A stretch of 64,000 bases of DNA. Origin: Acanthaster planci (Eukaryota). Shown one piece after another: positions 1-14,629 of the stretch (position 1 is its first letter; each line of letters begins with the position of its first letter). The notes under the pieces are model-generated. The model saw only the letters and a list, made by a program, of their open reading frames with translations. It did not search any database and had not been told where the DNA came from. A program made the translations under genes and the position numbers. The DNA lies in the NCBI RefSeq assembly GCF_001949145.1, contig NW_019091359.1, positions 2,518,861 to 2,582,860 on the forward strand, written 5' to 3'.

Positions 1-117
1 GGAAACTTTTCTCAGAGAAACAGCACGGCTGACTTCAACTGGAAAAGTGGCCAACAGCTGGTGGGAATGGAAATACAATATTTATTTGCAATGCTGTGAT
101 GAGAAGAAAATGAATAC

Positions 118-276
118 CTGGACCTTCTCCCGGGGCGACACATCGTCTTCATCGGAGGAGCTGCCACTGTAAGATCCAGAGCTGTAGCTATCTGTTGATG
201 ACTGGGAGAGGGAGCGAGATCTGCGCTTGAATCGACCGCTGCGACCCTGGCTGGGACCAGTCGTCTTGAAGCTGAT
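118..276 (-). CDS. AHCYL1: IRBIT / S-adenosylhomocysteine hydrolase-like protein, shared Ser-rich exon (gene continues beyond the left edge)
   Basis: Translates ISFKTTGPSQGRSGRFKRRSRSLSQSSTDSYSSGSYSGSSSDEDDVSPREKVQ, matching the IRBIT domain of AHCYL1/AHCYL2 (SRSISQSSTDSYSS...SSDDEVSPREKQ). Acceptor tttgtgccacag|ATC, donor CAG|gtattc, 159 nt, phase 0-0. AHCYL1 versus AHCYL2 cannot be separated; probably co-orthologous. Confidence 0.93.
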
Positions 277-840
277 CTGTGGCACAAACAGACAAATGTG
301 AATATTTATAAGTATCTACTGGCGTAGCAATCTTTATACACAAGAGAGTTGTAGCGGAGGCCTTGCGTGGGGAACGGTTTAGGAGACAGAAGCTGGAATC
401 ATCGTCTCGCCAAGTGATCCATCCTCTTTTGCATTAAAAAATAAGTCAGTTGAATATACCGGTAACTAATGTATTCCCTAACAGTGCCTTCTCAGAAAAA
501 AAAAGGCCACTTCAGAAGCAAAAGCTGCTTCAATGCTTATTATAAAAAGGATGTTCACCTTCAAAGTGCTGTGCAAAAGACATCTACATCGTTGATGTTA
601 CAATCAAAAAAAATTCTCGGGGTTTATATTCACATAAATGTAAGTCTTTTCGTATGTCAAGTATTACACTTCAAGCTTGAGAAATAGGGAAAGCCTACAG
701 TAAAATATACCACTACAACCTGCCTTGTTATCGGGTACATCAAATTTCAAACAGCTGCTGCTGCTAGTTAGCAGTCTATAAAGAAGGCTAAGACTTCAAC
801 AAAAAGCACGTACATCTATCCCATATTCGCGAGCACTTAC

Positions 841-894
841 AGTATCACCGACCTTGGCATCAAGCACGGAGGAATAAATGCATGAAGATTCCAT
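841..894 (-). CDS. AHCYL1: candidate alternative first coding exon of AHCYL (MESSCIYSSVLDAKVGDT)
   Basis: ATG at 894, 18 open codons, donor ACT|gtaagt in phase 0, in frame with exon 118-276. Confidence 0.45.
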
Positions 895-2801
895 AACAGA
901 CATTTAATGTACAGTACAAAAAAGTGTTTGCTACTTTTAAATCAAGGCAGGTTCACTGCATACAAGGAAATTCATACACGTACATGTAAGTAGATTGAAT
1001 GCATTGTAGTAAGTTTCCTTAATAAATAGGTTTTTGCTTATTTTCTGTTTGTGATTTTTTTTTTAGAACACAGACTGTACTTTTGATAGGCCCTCTGTCG
1101 GTAAACCTATATGAGAACACACATGTTCATAATGTCTGCACAGAGGTCAACCAACAACCCTGGATAAGATCTCTTCAACCCAGACACATGCACAGAATAC
1201 ACTCTATGCACGAAAGGTCACAACTCATTTTATGCACAAGTGCACTTGGCATTGTCAGTCGTAGCCTACAGCCATGCCAGCCCGGCTACTGCCAACTGCC
1301 TGCATTCCGCAAAGCTTTTCACAACCAACCCCGGATATGTACATGTAACAGTATGCAGCACAACCTGTGATCCTGTTATAAGCCCTTCACATCCGGCTCA
1401 CTTACAAATGGGCATTATAAATTTCAATTGACCTTTCCCGGTACTCTGCAATTTACGTCCTTTTAAGTGCACATTACAAAAGCTGCAATTTCAACAACCA
1501 ACACAAATTCCAATTTGATTCACATATCCAGGAAAGTCAAGTGTAACTCCCAATGCCCATTTGGGGAGCTCTAGTTTACACAATAACAACCAATTCACAA
1601 CCAGCACAGGCACAGATGGGGAGAGGAGGTTACCTTTCAGATGCTATTCAATAAAATTAAGAAATGAAATATCAGTTACACAGGTGAGGTACTGTATTTA
1701 TCCACCTGTCTGCAGCAAGTGGATATACATGCACCAGTAACATAAAAAAATCTGAAGGGGCTAAATAATTACACGCCCCCTCCCACAAACAGTCCTGGAT
1801 CCACACCTACAACAAGTTTGAAAATTTCAACTTTTTTTTCGCAATGAGTTTATAACAAAAGTTACACAAAACTTCCTGAGTGGCTCAGCAGACATGCTCC
1901 GGGACAGGTAGTTTTCTCTGCATTTAAAAGAAATAAACATTGGACTGCACAAGGGATGTGCATGTATGGCTTGGGTCAATATGTCACAGGGCCAAAAACA
2001 GGGATAATGGGAAGCACATCTGAATCCAATCCATACTTAATTTCAGCTTCTTGACTCGCCCCACACTACTTGGAATACCCATGTAATGTATACAATATGA
2101 CCTGAATTCTTCATATTCAAACATTATCCATTTCAAAATGGTGAGAATTCAAGCGATGGCACTACAGGGCATAACTCAGACCATCACATCACAACGTTGC
2201 TACAATTTTGACAGAATCATTACGTACATACATACATGTAGCCTTTTCCTACTTTTTACAAATACATGTACATGTACATGCATGTACAGTACATTGAGCT
2301 ACATGAAATGACCAAACTTTGTTGAAGAACTGGTGGTCTGATACATGACATACATATCTGGCTCAGGTTGACACTGTGGTTTATTTTTAGCTAAGGAACC
2401 ATTCTAAGCAAAAATATTACTTGAGGAACATAACAAGCCAAATCCTGCCAGAATAGAAGTACGTAGGCCTACATGTAGCGGTACATGTACATGTGTCTAC
2501 AAGTTAACATTTACAATACTCGTATGGACTGCTCTCACTTTACCTACTGTGTGTACATGTACATTCTGTCTATCCTCCTTTACTGATGGCAGATTATACC
2601 TCAATCATACTTTGTAACGGTAACAATGCATACCCTTCATGTACAGTACGTATATGGTGTACATGGACTGGTATAAGCAGAATTTTCAAGCTTTCAAGCA
2701 AACGGCTGGCATGCTCAGAGTATACATGTACATATGTACATGAACATAAGTGTATTAAGGACACCAGCGCTTGAGCTGTACAAACAAAAAGATCTAGTTA
2801 C

Positions 2802-2840
2802 CCTACAGCCGATACCAGAATGCATAAGATATGGATCCAT
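2802..2840 (-). CDS. AHCYL1: candidate alternative first coding exon of AHCYL (MDPYLMHSGIGCR)
   Basis: ATG at 2840, 13 codons, donor AGG|gtaact in phase 0. Weak ATG context. Confidence 0.33.
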
Positions 2841-3696
2841 CCACCATCCAGGCACAGCTGACAAGCATCCCCCCCATAAGAGCTTTGTGTACGGCCACTG
2901 AAGATTGAACGGACTGGATTATAATTCAGGGAAGAATGTTTATCAGAGGCAGTCGAGCACAACATCAGAACGGTCTGATTGAACTGTGCAATCATAAAGT
3001 GGAACCGATGAAATCAATCAGTGAAAGGAAATGTAAGATCGAGACATTATAAAGTACGGTTTGCCGGGGCACCAGGGAGCTGGTATGAAGAGTGTGCTTG
3101 AAAAGCCAATGATGACGGAATAATATACAATGTACATGCATTAACTCTCACCTCCTACACACAAACCACCAGGGAATTTAGACTTTTTTCACGAACAACA
3201 AACTATGATTAATTGCCCAGAAATTATGACCACGCTGAGTATATTGCTTCAAAAAAGTGCCGCTTGCTTTTGGAGGGATATTTTCTGAATAGATCAAACA
3301 GTTTGGCCAGTTATTTACTGTGGCCTAAATACAACTGAAATGAAGGTATCACTTGCTAAAACCAATAATAAATTTTAACAGCTACATGTACATGTACACA
3401 TATACCAAAGTTTGGTTTGGTTTTTAGTTCTACTGCAGCATATTAGAGTTGATGAGAAAATAATCTACGGCATAATGCCTGACCCAAATCAACTTTTGTT
3501 CTGTTCTGCTTCCTGAAAATTACTTTTGAAGAAAAAGTAAGACTCCAAATCCACAATAGCACAAACCAATGAAGAACACTTCAACCCATAGTGTAAAATA
3601 AGCCCAAAATCAATATCGCAGACCTTTTTTCCATGAATAAATTTATCAAACTTCCTCCATCCTTACAGGAAGCATGTAATTTCTGATTAAACAGTG

Positions 3697-5099
3697 CAGG
3701 GTTTGCCCTTAATTTTCTTTCTCTCTTGCCAGCCAGACCAGCAGTGATGACTTTTTACTAGTCCACCAGCATTTTCACTAGTCCGCGTCTTCCCCCAAAT
3801 TTCAACATTCTTTTTTGGCACTAGTGTTTTCTGCTCCAACATCATGTATAACAGTGGGCACTCGGTGGTGACTGTTGTTTAATTGTTGATGAGTAATCAT
3901 AAATGGTCATGGGAATTCTGAATTTCCAGAGTATAACTCAACTCAAGCAAATTAACACACAAAGTGGTTACCTGCTAAAAATAATTTGTTTTATTCACAA
4001 TCCAAGAGACTGAAAAAAAACATATCATTATGAACAGTTTACGTGCACGTGCCCGTGGGGTGCATCCCACCAAATGGTTGTATTTCTGCGTGTGAACTCA
4101 TCAATATTTGGTGATCCCACAGGGTTTTTACAGTAAGACATGCCATTATAAGGAGGGATCACAGAAATATTTCTATAAATCGCAAATTTGGGACTGATAA
4201 TTTCAAGTTCAAGGTATTTCATTCAAAAGTGGCAGGCGGCTACATTCAGAACTGAGTGCATAGTTTTACTACCATTTTGGAGGTATCTTTGGGGAAAGGC
4301 GAATAAAAATAATTTTCGTGGCTAACCCCCATAAAATTGAAACGAAAAGTGATCTTCTGGCCACAATCCTGAATTTCCAGCGAAAAAAACAGAGGCCAAC
4401 CTCTTTCCAAGAGTCAACAGGCAACACTATTTCGGTCTGATTTTGCAATGTTTTCTACGGGCGCGTATTTGGTGTAGTGCAACCCGTAGCACGCGGACCA
4501 AACACGAAATCACAACCGTGACATCACTGGTGTCACAACTACCAATGACCAATCAGAAAAATCAGTATTGCGTATTCATAGTAACGTAATGCATATACAC
4601 ACACCATACACACTCGGTATGTCATACGCGTGGGATGCATATTCATGACTTACATGTGTACCTCTACGATGCAATGCATAAAAGCATGTGCTGATTTATA
4701 TCTTGTACGCAGAACCAACGTCAAGTCACAGCATTGTCGAAATGTACCGGCTACACGCGGTAGTACAGTAAACAGCCCACAGTTAAGTGGATCGCGCCGC
4801 AAAGGCGTTGTGGAACAGAAGTTTCAGACGATTTACTGCCGTTGCATTCATCGACTTCAGCATTACTTCAGCTGGGCTGGTGCCAGGGACCGAACAATTC
4901 TTGGTTGCAAAAGGTTCTATTCTATTTGGTTCAAAAACCAGCAGCAGCTAGAGGGCATGCATCACAATCAACTATTTTGCCACTTATTTCAGAATACTGT
5001 TTTACTAGACCGCCGGACTACTCAGACGAGGGCTTTCACTAGACCGCAACGGTTTTTACTCGAATTTGGCTAGCGGACCAGCGTTAAGGTCGAACCCTG
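3697..5099. mobile_element. non-autonomous DNA transposon, hAT-like termini, ~1.4 kb
   Basis: TIRs cagggtttgcccttaa (3697-3712) and ttaaggtcgaaccctg (5084-5099), 14/16 match. Subterminal actag(t/a)cc motifs near both ends. No clean TSD and no transposase ORF recognised. Confidence 0.7.
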
Positions 5100-5148
5100 T
5101 TCAACAGATTTTTTATCATTGATGTAAACATTAGAAAAAAAAACATAC

Positions 5149-5175
5149 CTCATCGTAATTTGAGGAATATGACAT
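5149..5175 (-). CDS. AHCYL1: candidate alternative first coding exon of AHCYL (MSYSSNYDE)
   Basis: ATG at 5175, 9 codons, donor GAG|gtatgt in phase 0. CpG-containing promoter/UTR-like sequence upstream (5180-5430). Confidence 0.45.
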
Positions 5176-8100
5176 CACGGCTGGCACGCAGTAATACACG
5201 TACGTTTAGTTTCAGCAAACAAGCTCATCAGGACAATTTATGGGTATGCATACCATACTTGTTCAAGAACATAGTGGCAATTAGCACGCTGCTGCTGCCC
5301 TGTCTCTCTGCACGCTACCCTATTGCATTACACAAAAGAAGTGTAGCGGAGAATGCTCAGCTTATTCAGGTGGTCACTGAATCCCACAGCAAAACATGGC
5401 TTGACATTTACTCTCGCTCGCTCCCTCCCCGTTTTTTTTCCTTCTCAACATAATAGCTAACCTTGGAATAAATATATAACACATGCAGTTGCGGCATTAA
5501 GTACAGAGGAACGGAAGCTTTAAAATATCGGTATATATATATATGTACATGTATAAGGACATTACAGTGTCTCTGTACATCCACTTGCATGACACAGTAC
5601 ACATTCACATAGAGAAATGCATCTCCTCTTCTTAAAATGGTACGAAATGTACTGACAGTTTTCGTGTAAGTGCTCATCCATCAATTGACGGGACTGATTA
5701 AACAGTTTGGTCCGGGTAAAGTTTTAAAAATAAAGACAGAACCCTGAACAAAGTGGAGGAATCTAGATTATAAGATATGAAATGATACATGTACATGTGA
5801 ATTCATACACTGTAACTCATGAACCAGTTTATTTCATGACCCTTTCTTCCCAAGCGAAGCCCTAAAACCTCTAGTCCCCTCTCCCTAGCCCCTGGTGTTG
5901 GGGTAGAGATTGAATTCCGATGACCAAACCTTAACCACATGTAAACATTTGTACATGCAGGGGGAAAAGTGGGTGCCATTGTACCACAAAATCATCTTTG
6001 TGTATGAGTTCTGAGGAAAGTTCATTCTCTCGGGATTAAGATTTTGAAAATTACGTTTTAGAATGTATTTCTTGAAAAAAATGCATGCAGCAAACAGTCC
6101 TTTCAGTGAGTTTGAACAAACAGGGCAATGAATTACAATGTACCTGTAAATCTATGACCTGTACTATGTCAAACAAATGACAAGATACAGTGCAATAATT
6201 TTAAAAAAAAAATAAATTTCAACAAGAGTAAAAGATACTTTTTCCTGGCAAACAAGTTGACAGACTGCAGTAAAGCCCCGTTAGAGTATTGCTTGGGACT
6301 TCTTGCTCAGAGGCATTCAACCACTTAAGAGAATGGGTCTGATGCCCATCTGATTTGGCAATCGCCTTCAATCGCTTAACGTCCTGGCAAGACACGCCAG
6401 AATCTGTTTCCACCTCAGAAGTCAGGAACGGATGAAGCTAGAAAGTAGCTTAGAAGCTTGGGGGGTGTGATTACAGTAGGGAAAGAGTGCAAAGGCGTAG
6501 ACCGGTCCTCTTCCATCTGGCACTGCCACACAGTTTGACAACTAAGCCGTGTCTCACCTACATTTACTTGGCTATGTCTGGAAGCAATGCACGTGTCTGT
6601 GGAAGCCGCCAACTAATGGCTTCGTGCATTTCCCGTGTATCCACATGCTAGTTTAGCCTCACTTTAATTAAAGTCTTGTCTTTGCATGGGCACGAAGTTT
6701 AAAACTGTGTTAAGGGGCAGTTCAAACAATGCAGCAAACAAAACAAACGACTAAGGATTCTCTGTACAGCTGAAACGCGCTTGTCTGGGGGATTTCCCGG
6801 TCTAAATGCATGACAGCAATCCAGTTCTCTTTGGCACCTTTGCATTAATTAGTCATTTTTGTACGTTGTCAAGTTACAGGAAAATAAGGCTGGGACTTCA
6901 GGAGAATGGTATTTTAATTACATGCATATAATTTCTGTAAAGTGCAAATTTCACAAATGATGGACTTCAATGCATGACAGTAGTTTCCTAGGCTGTGAGT
7001 AGAAACTAAGAAACTTAAGAGGCAAGAACCCAGTATGTACATGTACATTATGTACATGTACAATACTTGTACATGTACATAATGTACACGTACCGGTATG
7101 TACATGTATGCATGTGACAATGCTCAAAAACATACAGATACATGTATTATAAGGATAACACAGGCCCTACATAATACATGTACATGTATGGGCTAACAAA
7201 GGACATGGCACATACAGACAGTGCATACATGTAGGGATTCATTTTAGTTTTACGCCTGGGAAAAGACTTTTTCTGATTGAAGCCACCTCCTACACAGGCT
7301 AACATAGGAGTCCCATTAGAGCAAGCCTCTTACCAGGCTAGAAAATATCTCCAGCACATGGACATGCCCTGCTCACTCTGATTTGATAAACAACACACTG
7401 TCCAACACTGCTTCTGGGGTTTGATTAATTATGGCAAGTACATAAACTGGGCCAACCTTACCACCGCTAGAGATAAACAGGATCTGCATATGACTGCATA
7501 CAGACATCATCATCATCATCAGCGATATCACTTCACTCAATTATTCATAGACGCTGACACATTCAAGAGAAGTACATACATGTATGTAGGTGTGCATCCA
7601 GCAGTACATGAAGGTCAGTGTCAACTCGTAATCCAGGGTACAAGTCAAGAAGTGTAGAAACAATGCCAAAATGTCAGACTGTCAAATATCAGGAATGGTG
7701 AATTATGATAGACACATCCACAATAGGGCACATGTAAGGGTTTTCAAAAAGAATATCAAGTTCACTGACACAAGTAATGTCTGTGAATCACGAAACAAAT
7801 TGAGCAACGCGGTCTACATTTTTAGCAACAAACGCAGAGCTTTAACCCAAAGACCTGCTGGTTACCACTGCAGGCAACCTGAGCACACAATAAACCACTT
7901 TTCTGAAAGAAATTTAAGCCTGACTATCTATGACAGCTGTGACAGAGCCAACGAACAAACACATGTACAGTTGTAAATCAAGAAATTCTTGGTTGGGTTA
8001 GACCTCCTCCCCAAATGTCACTTGCTAAGTTTACAACCAAAGGTACATACATGTACATGTGTATCTTTAACTTTGAGAATGATTCTGCCTGAAGCATCAA

Positions 8101-10929
8101 GATTTCATTACCCACGAGGTACTCATCCACTTTAGAACTGGTTGATCAATTACCACTTGTACTATTTTATTATGAGATTCTGACGTCTAAGAGAGTCAAT
8201 CAATTACATGTAACCTGAAGTAACATACAAATATCATGTTCAGTAGAATGCATTTACAAAATTGCTTTCCTGTTTTACTGTGTATCATCTTACTTATACC
8301 TCAATATTCTGAAGAGGAAAGAAAAGACAAATCAGGGAATTCTGTTCGTCAAGTGGGTCATGACTACTGCAGTGGATCGTGACAATTCAATCATTTTTCA
8401 TTACAAGGAAAGTACGGTAAGTACAAGTACATGTACGTGTATGGAACTGCTTTAGTCGGGCCAAAATGAGCACTTGTACACAAGGCATAATGAGTTAATT
8501 GAATATAACCAGTGCAGATGAGGGCCAACATTGAACTTAGAAAGAATATCGGTACATCCTTTCATATACTGTTCTATTTAAACATTTCAATGTTCAGCCA
8601 ACGATTCAGTTATAAAGGGACAAGAACAGCTACATGCACGTGCACCTGTAACGAATACAAATAGCCATACCGGTACCTGGAAAAAATTAGACTTCCTGAG
8701 ATGTGATCAAATGTAAAAATGCCCCAAGGACAAATTAAATAGTCTGCCAGATAGTATGGGCCAACCATATTTGTTCTGTGTTAAAATAACACTTCAGCAG
8801 TGAACATGTCCTACATACGGTACTAGTACATGTATACACAAACCCCGAGGTTTTGTTGGGCATGGTAAATCAACTGGACAAATGTTGCAAATGACATAGA
8901 TTTCTTTTTCCAATGTTTACATACATGTACCCATACATGTACTCCGTGCATGGAAGTAATCATCACATCTATGCAGATTACAATGTACATGTGGTTTCTG
9001 CTGTGACATGGAAATTTGGTCAACCGAATTACAACAAAATAACCACTGTACGTGTGAACATCAATGATCATAACCAATGTCCAAAATCATAGAGTTGTCA
9101 AGTCCCTCACTTTGCCACCTACTGTCAAGTCTGAGTTGTTTTCATAGTAAGTGTCAAAATAAAGGACCTGGTGACTATATGGTCTTGGATGTTAGTTCAA
9201 AAATGAGGTGTACATGTACATGTCCGAATGGTGTAATATTACTAAACTGACACATAATTACATTTCATGATTGCATCACGTATGCATGTACAGCATAACA
9301 CCACACAAAATTTGGACATTTTATTGGACATAAGCCCAAAGCGGACGTTGTAGTCAAATATTCTGTACAGTAGAGTGTTTGTACCAAGTATCAAGGACAT
9401 CTCAGCAGGTACAATGTACCAAGAAAGATACATACTTTGTATAACATGCATTTAAGAAATAGAAACCCATAAATTACAATGACGATCTTTCATGTGATGC
9501 AGATAATTGAAATGAAGAATTTAAAATTGTCAAAGGCAAAAAAATTAACACAAGATCTGATATAGACCGAACACCAACTATTCCAGGATGATGTTAAAGC
9601 AAAGCCTGGTTTTCTCCCCCCTGTTCCCCTTCATGCAGCATCCATCCACCCCCAGACCTGCCCTGGAAGTTCTTCATTTGGTCAGGGCATTTTGCCCCCC
9701 TGCCAGTGCAAACACTTCAGAGACTAAGTGGCCCAAAATCACCACTATCCATCAAGAGACAGAGCATCCATCACATCTTGTTAAGAGGCCAGACAGCAGT
9801 GGCATGGAATGTCCTATACATCCATCCCGCAGTGCCCTTTCTCTTTCCTTCAGCTTCTGCTGTCTTGCTTCTCTCACACTCTGGTGGGCTGAATAAACTC
9901 AATCAAGTTACACTTATGAAAACAAACAATCCAAATATCATGCATCCTGGAATATCTCAAGCCATAACCTCCGGAGTTGCTGCCTCAGACAGCTCCTTAA
10001 AAAAAACACACTTCTGAATTTGCCTAAACAGGAAAGCCTACTTGTTACGCATGTGGACAAATTTGTTGAGTACATGTACAGTAAATATGTCTGTACCTAC
10101 CGTACTTGTAAATTTAGTTTGGACAAAAGAGTAATTTTGAATTTCCCAACGTTAACAACTGATTAAAAGGTTTCATCTCATCTAACAAAAGGATTTCCGC
10201 CATAGTAAAAGAAATATTTTTTAAAATAAAATCTAAAAGAGGGTATGAACACTAAATACAAGAAGAAACAGATATTACCCAAAACTCAGATACAACAAGA
10301 GGACAAAAACCCATTCCAAATCTCAAGATAAGCACACAACGCTGTATATTTATTTTTTTGAAGAACAAAAAAACAGGAACCGTTTCCCACCATTCATCAT
10401 CGCACAAAAACTGTTCCATCCTTTCAATCTCCTCTGAAAAGCACAAAATTGATCACACTAAGCCACACCTCCATTTCAAACACTATATGGGGTGTTGACA
10501 TTAATCAAACAGGGAAGGACTTTTGAAGGAGGAAACAAAAATCTTATGCATGTACAATAGACCAACTAAACAGAATTTTTTTTAAACTGGTTTACTTCTG
10601 ACAATTGAGCTTCAAAGGAACCTGGTCCTTCATCCATAGAGTTTTACATTAACAAGTACAGCTGCATTTCAGTTTGACGTACACAGTCATAAATTCAAAG
10701 TTTTTTTTCCACTGTTACAGGACAAAAGCAGTTTGTCCTTGCCTGAATTGTGACCCACATAAACATGCTAACAATTACCAGCATTAATCAAAATCACACA
10801 TTCCTGCATATCCTCTTCAATTTCCCTTGAATGCTAGGATCAGAGAGCGAAGTACATGTCTGGGCACATCAGCACGCAAGCACATCTAATAAACACTCGT
10901 ATCCCAGGTTTGGAGGGGATTTACCGTAC

Positions 10930-11079
10930 CTGCCCCGGTGGCGGCATGTCAGGCTCCTTGGTCGCATGAACAGGCTGGGATTCTGGCTCTTTGGAGCCCA
11001 TACCAAACAGCCCAAGCTGAAAGGCGATGGGTACAGCCCACTCCGGTGGTTTGTCCACTGCAGTCTTCGACTTGGCCAT
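10930..11079 (-). CDS. AHCYL1: candidate alternative first coding exon of AHCYL (MAKSKTAVDKPPEWAVPIAFQLGLFGMGSKEPESQPVHATKEPDMPPPGQ)
   Basis: GC-rich 50-codon frame from gttATGG at 11079, in-frame stop upstream, donor CAG|gtacgg in phase 0. Protein-like composition. Confidence 0.6.
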
Positions 11080-13770
11080 AACATCCCTCGTTGCACGGGC
11101 AAAGGATCAGAACCAATGATCACCAAGACGGTGGACAGAGAATGCTGTTGCTTAGCAACGTTTCTTGCTGTTATGGACAAAACTCTTGACAGCAGAATTT
11201 TTTTCAGTACATGTATGTGCTTAGGAAAGGCTAAAAGAATTATATTGCCAGAAGTTGTTATCAGAGAGCACTCTCACATGAGCTCCAGAATTCTGACCTT
11301 GCAGGGAGACCAACAGTCACCAGCATCACTGAGAATGAACATCAAGGCAATGACCACTCTAATTCCCAGGACCGAAGACCAAGATCTTTGCCTCGTCTCT
11401 ACTCTGAAGCTAAGATGCCAAACCAACATGAAATTTGATGCAGTTCTTTTTTTAATTCAGCCAGATCTACAGATCACTTCCGGGCCCGTATCATGAGATC
11501 CACCAATCCCGTAGGCATCTCAAACATCTTTGCAGGTATACTGATCAGGAAGATACAAGCTCTGCCAGGCAAATGATGTTGCAATCTGATGTGACAGTAG
11601 CCAGAAGGGGCGCAAGAAAAAAAAAAAGTCAGATTTGGTTCCTGATCCTCGTCCCCCTTTTTCATCCACACAAATATACAATGATTGCAAGATTGATGCA
11701 TTCCGAATACCAAGGGCTGGGAACTGTAGACATTTCAACCGTGTTCTGGGCAGAGGAGGTTCTGGAATTCACAAAACAAACAACTGCATTTCTCTCAAGA
11801 TCTCACGCCAACAACAGTGATGATCAGCAAGGGCTCATATTTTAGGTTCTGACAAGAAAATATTTACAACTGATGAAGTGATACAAGAAACACAGGCAGG
11901 CTCATGGGCAAAGGTCGTAAATTATTATTTGAACCTTCCCAAAGTGGGCTCAACTCTGTGTTAAGAAAGATGCAACACGAAAATAGTTTATTGTAGGTGT
12001 CAGGAATGGATCTAGAGGGGAGTGTTGCCAACAATCCCCTCTCTGACACAAAAAAAGAATAAATAAATGAAATAACAATTATAGCAGTGATAAAAACGAC
12101 AAAATCCAGTAAGGGCTATTATTTGTGAATCAGTAATAATGTAAACGCATTACGTACATGTACCAGTATGTGTCTGCTTGTCTACAAGAATTGAAACTTT
12201 TTAAAAAGTCAGAGGGACGTGACCTCCCTCCCCCCAAAAAAATTGTGGATCCGTCCCCGGGTGGTTGCCATATTTTTCAGCACAGATGTGCATTTACAGG
12301 TGCACAAACTCTTGCAATGTACAATTGCATTTACTGCAGACTTCATACTGGGCTATACAAGTACACGCTACATGAGCCGTTTTCCAAAACCCAACTTCGT
12401 CTCCATCTCGGGCTTCATTCCCGAACTGTGGGCCTGAAGCGTTTAAATTACATTGGATTACTGTAAAGTTTGGCTTTCTTGCATCTTTTTTGATGTTCCG
12501 TGGCACTATTAGACTGATTACTGCGCTTACAGCTTCAAAGTCAGCTAGTAAAAAAAAACAGTTGAAGCCTGAGACAGAGCCGAGGTCGAGTATTGGAAAA
12601 CGGCCACGTACTTCGATATCCACATGCAAACCACAAGTGCGTGGAGTCAAACAGACAGAGATATTATATTACAACAAGTAAATATACAGGTAATGTGTAC
12701 CTGTTTGTGTTGTGCAGTAGGATTTCATGATAAATTACAGGGTTAAAGGTCTAGTCTGTCATTTTTACCAGCTATTCAAAACAGAACTGAGAGTGAGAAA
12801 AGGTTTACAGGTACACTTTGAGGGATAGATCTCCTCCATCAGCCTGGTGGTTGTGAAATGAACTGAGGATAACCGGAACTTGACGTTTCAACCTGGATGC
12901 TCTCGTCATCCTGAAAACCTTCTCTCAGTCTAGCGTCCACCACACTGAGTTTCTTATCTTTACTTTCAAAATATACCGGTAACTGACAAAATTGTAGTTG
13001 AAAAGCATACTTGGTTCCCTGTGAAATCATTCTTTCTGGTAAGCTGTTCTTTGAACATAACAGTGAAAGAAAGCCATTTTCAATGATGCGTCTAAACATG
13101 CAGTTTTGGAAATTGCCACCCTGGTAGTTTGTTTTTAATTTGGAAAAGCATACGCAATCATCAAGACGACGTGCACAATTATTAGTATTCGTTGGTTCAG
13201 TGTGCATCACTGCGTAGCTGCATTTGGCTGAATGAGAATTTGTTCAGGATGCTGAATACGCCACACAGTTCAAACATCGGCAATTTCTGATTTGAAATCA
13301 AGCTACTCAAATATTGTTTTTCTCACACTATACAGCATTCAATGAGCTAACACTTCATCTGATTCACGTTAGTTTTTAGGCACCTTTTTGTTGATTTTGA
13401 GCACATACAGGACAGAAGAAAGTAATACATGTACAAATGATGGGCTGCACCTTCAAGAGGAAATACTGAAGCCATGATGTAGCTACACATGTACCTGGAG
13501 TCTGTAGTTTTGTCCTATGTACAAGGTACACTGATAGCCACGGTCATGCTTTTATTCCATGTGCTATTTCAATGTACATGTATGTAAACTGTCCTTGACT
13601 AGTATGCAAAAACAATGGCCTTTACTAGGGAAATGCCACAGCTACATGGAATTCCATTCCACATTCTGAAAGATACCGGGTACCAAAAGGGGTACCGGCT
13701 ACAATTCCATATTCCATGGAATTACTGTATCAGTACTTGTGGCCAAATGTCTTATATGTTCACTTTCATA

Positions 13771-14130
13771 ATTAAAGGTGCATTTTTAAAGCCCTATATG
13801 TATCTCCTGAAGTACATGTCCGATCCGGTTCAAATCTTCCACATATATTGAGATGGGAGTGCTTTAGAGGAATTTTGACCTCATGTGATAATAACGTCAT
13901 CAGGAGACAAGTCACGTGACATTAAAGGTGCACTGTTTATAAAGCCCTATATCTCCTGAAGTACATATCTGTATACATCCCATTGATTTCAAACGTTGCC
14001 GATAACAAGGACAGGAAGGGTTCTAGACAAAAATGTACCTGATGCGATGATAACATCATCAGATGAGGAGTCAAATTACATTTTACATTTTATGTATTTC
14101 CTGAAGTACATGCCTGATTGGGTTGAAACC
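13771..14130. repeat. degenerate direct repeat, ~150-170 bp unit, about 2.5 copies
   Basis: attaaaggtgca...aaagccctata...tctcctgaagtacat recurs at 13771 and 13921; tcctgaagtacatg recurs again near 14100. Confidence 0.75.
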
Positions 14131-14350
14131 TTGGACCCAAATGGTCGAAGTTTCAACTGATTTTATAAAATGTCCAATGCCTACTTTTAAAACCTTTGAA
14201 TAACAAGCAGAACAGTCTCCCACAGAATCTCTACTTTATCTCGTTAATGGTGCACTGTACAGTGTATGTTCATTAAGTTAAACAACATTCTTGCCTGTCT
14301 AGAGCATGCAAGATTTCTGCTACTTTAATCAAATCTTCTCCCAACCTTAC

Positions 14351-14629
14351 CTCTTTACCACCTGCTTCCTTCTGTTTACTCTTGTTTTTGTTGTTGGCTG
14401 AATCGTTGCCTTCCAGTACACTGTTGGCCATGTGTTCCTCTGGTATTCTATTTTTAGCCGTTCCAGTCTCCCTGTCCACTTTGTCCACCTCTGTCCCAAG
14501 GTGCACCTCAAAGGTGTCACCATTTTTACCTCCATCTGTTGTCACGGCCCCTTCCAGATGGTTTTCTCCCAACCCCTCTGGGCCACCATCGGCTATTTTT
14601 GTCTGGATGTGATCCACGTTTACCTCCAT
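14351..14629 (-). CDS. AHCYL1: candidate alternative first coding exon of AHCYL, long N-terminus (93 aa, MEVNVDHIQTKIADGG...KSKQKEAGGKE)
   Basis: 93 open codons from agaATGG at 14629, hydrophilic/acidic composition, strong donor GAG|gtaagg in phase 0. Confidence 0.75.

Noticed and set aside
4630..5073. 147-aa ORF inside the hAT-like element as a transposase
   Set aside because: No BED finger, DDE or hAT dimerisation motif recognisable.
10831..11496. 221-aa plus-strand ORF
   Set aside because: No recognisable domain or splice structure; partly the antisense shadow of the GC-rich candidate exon 10930-11079.
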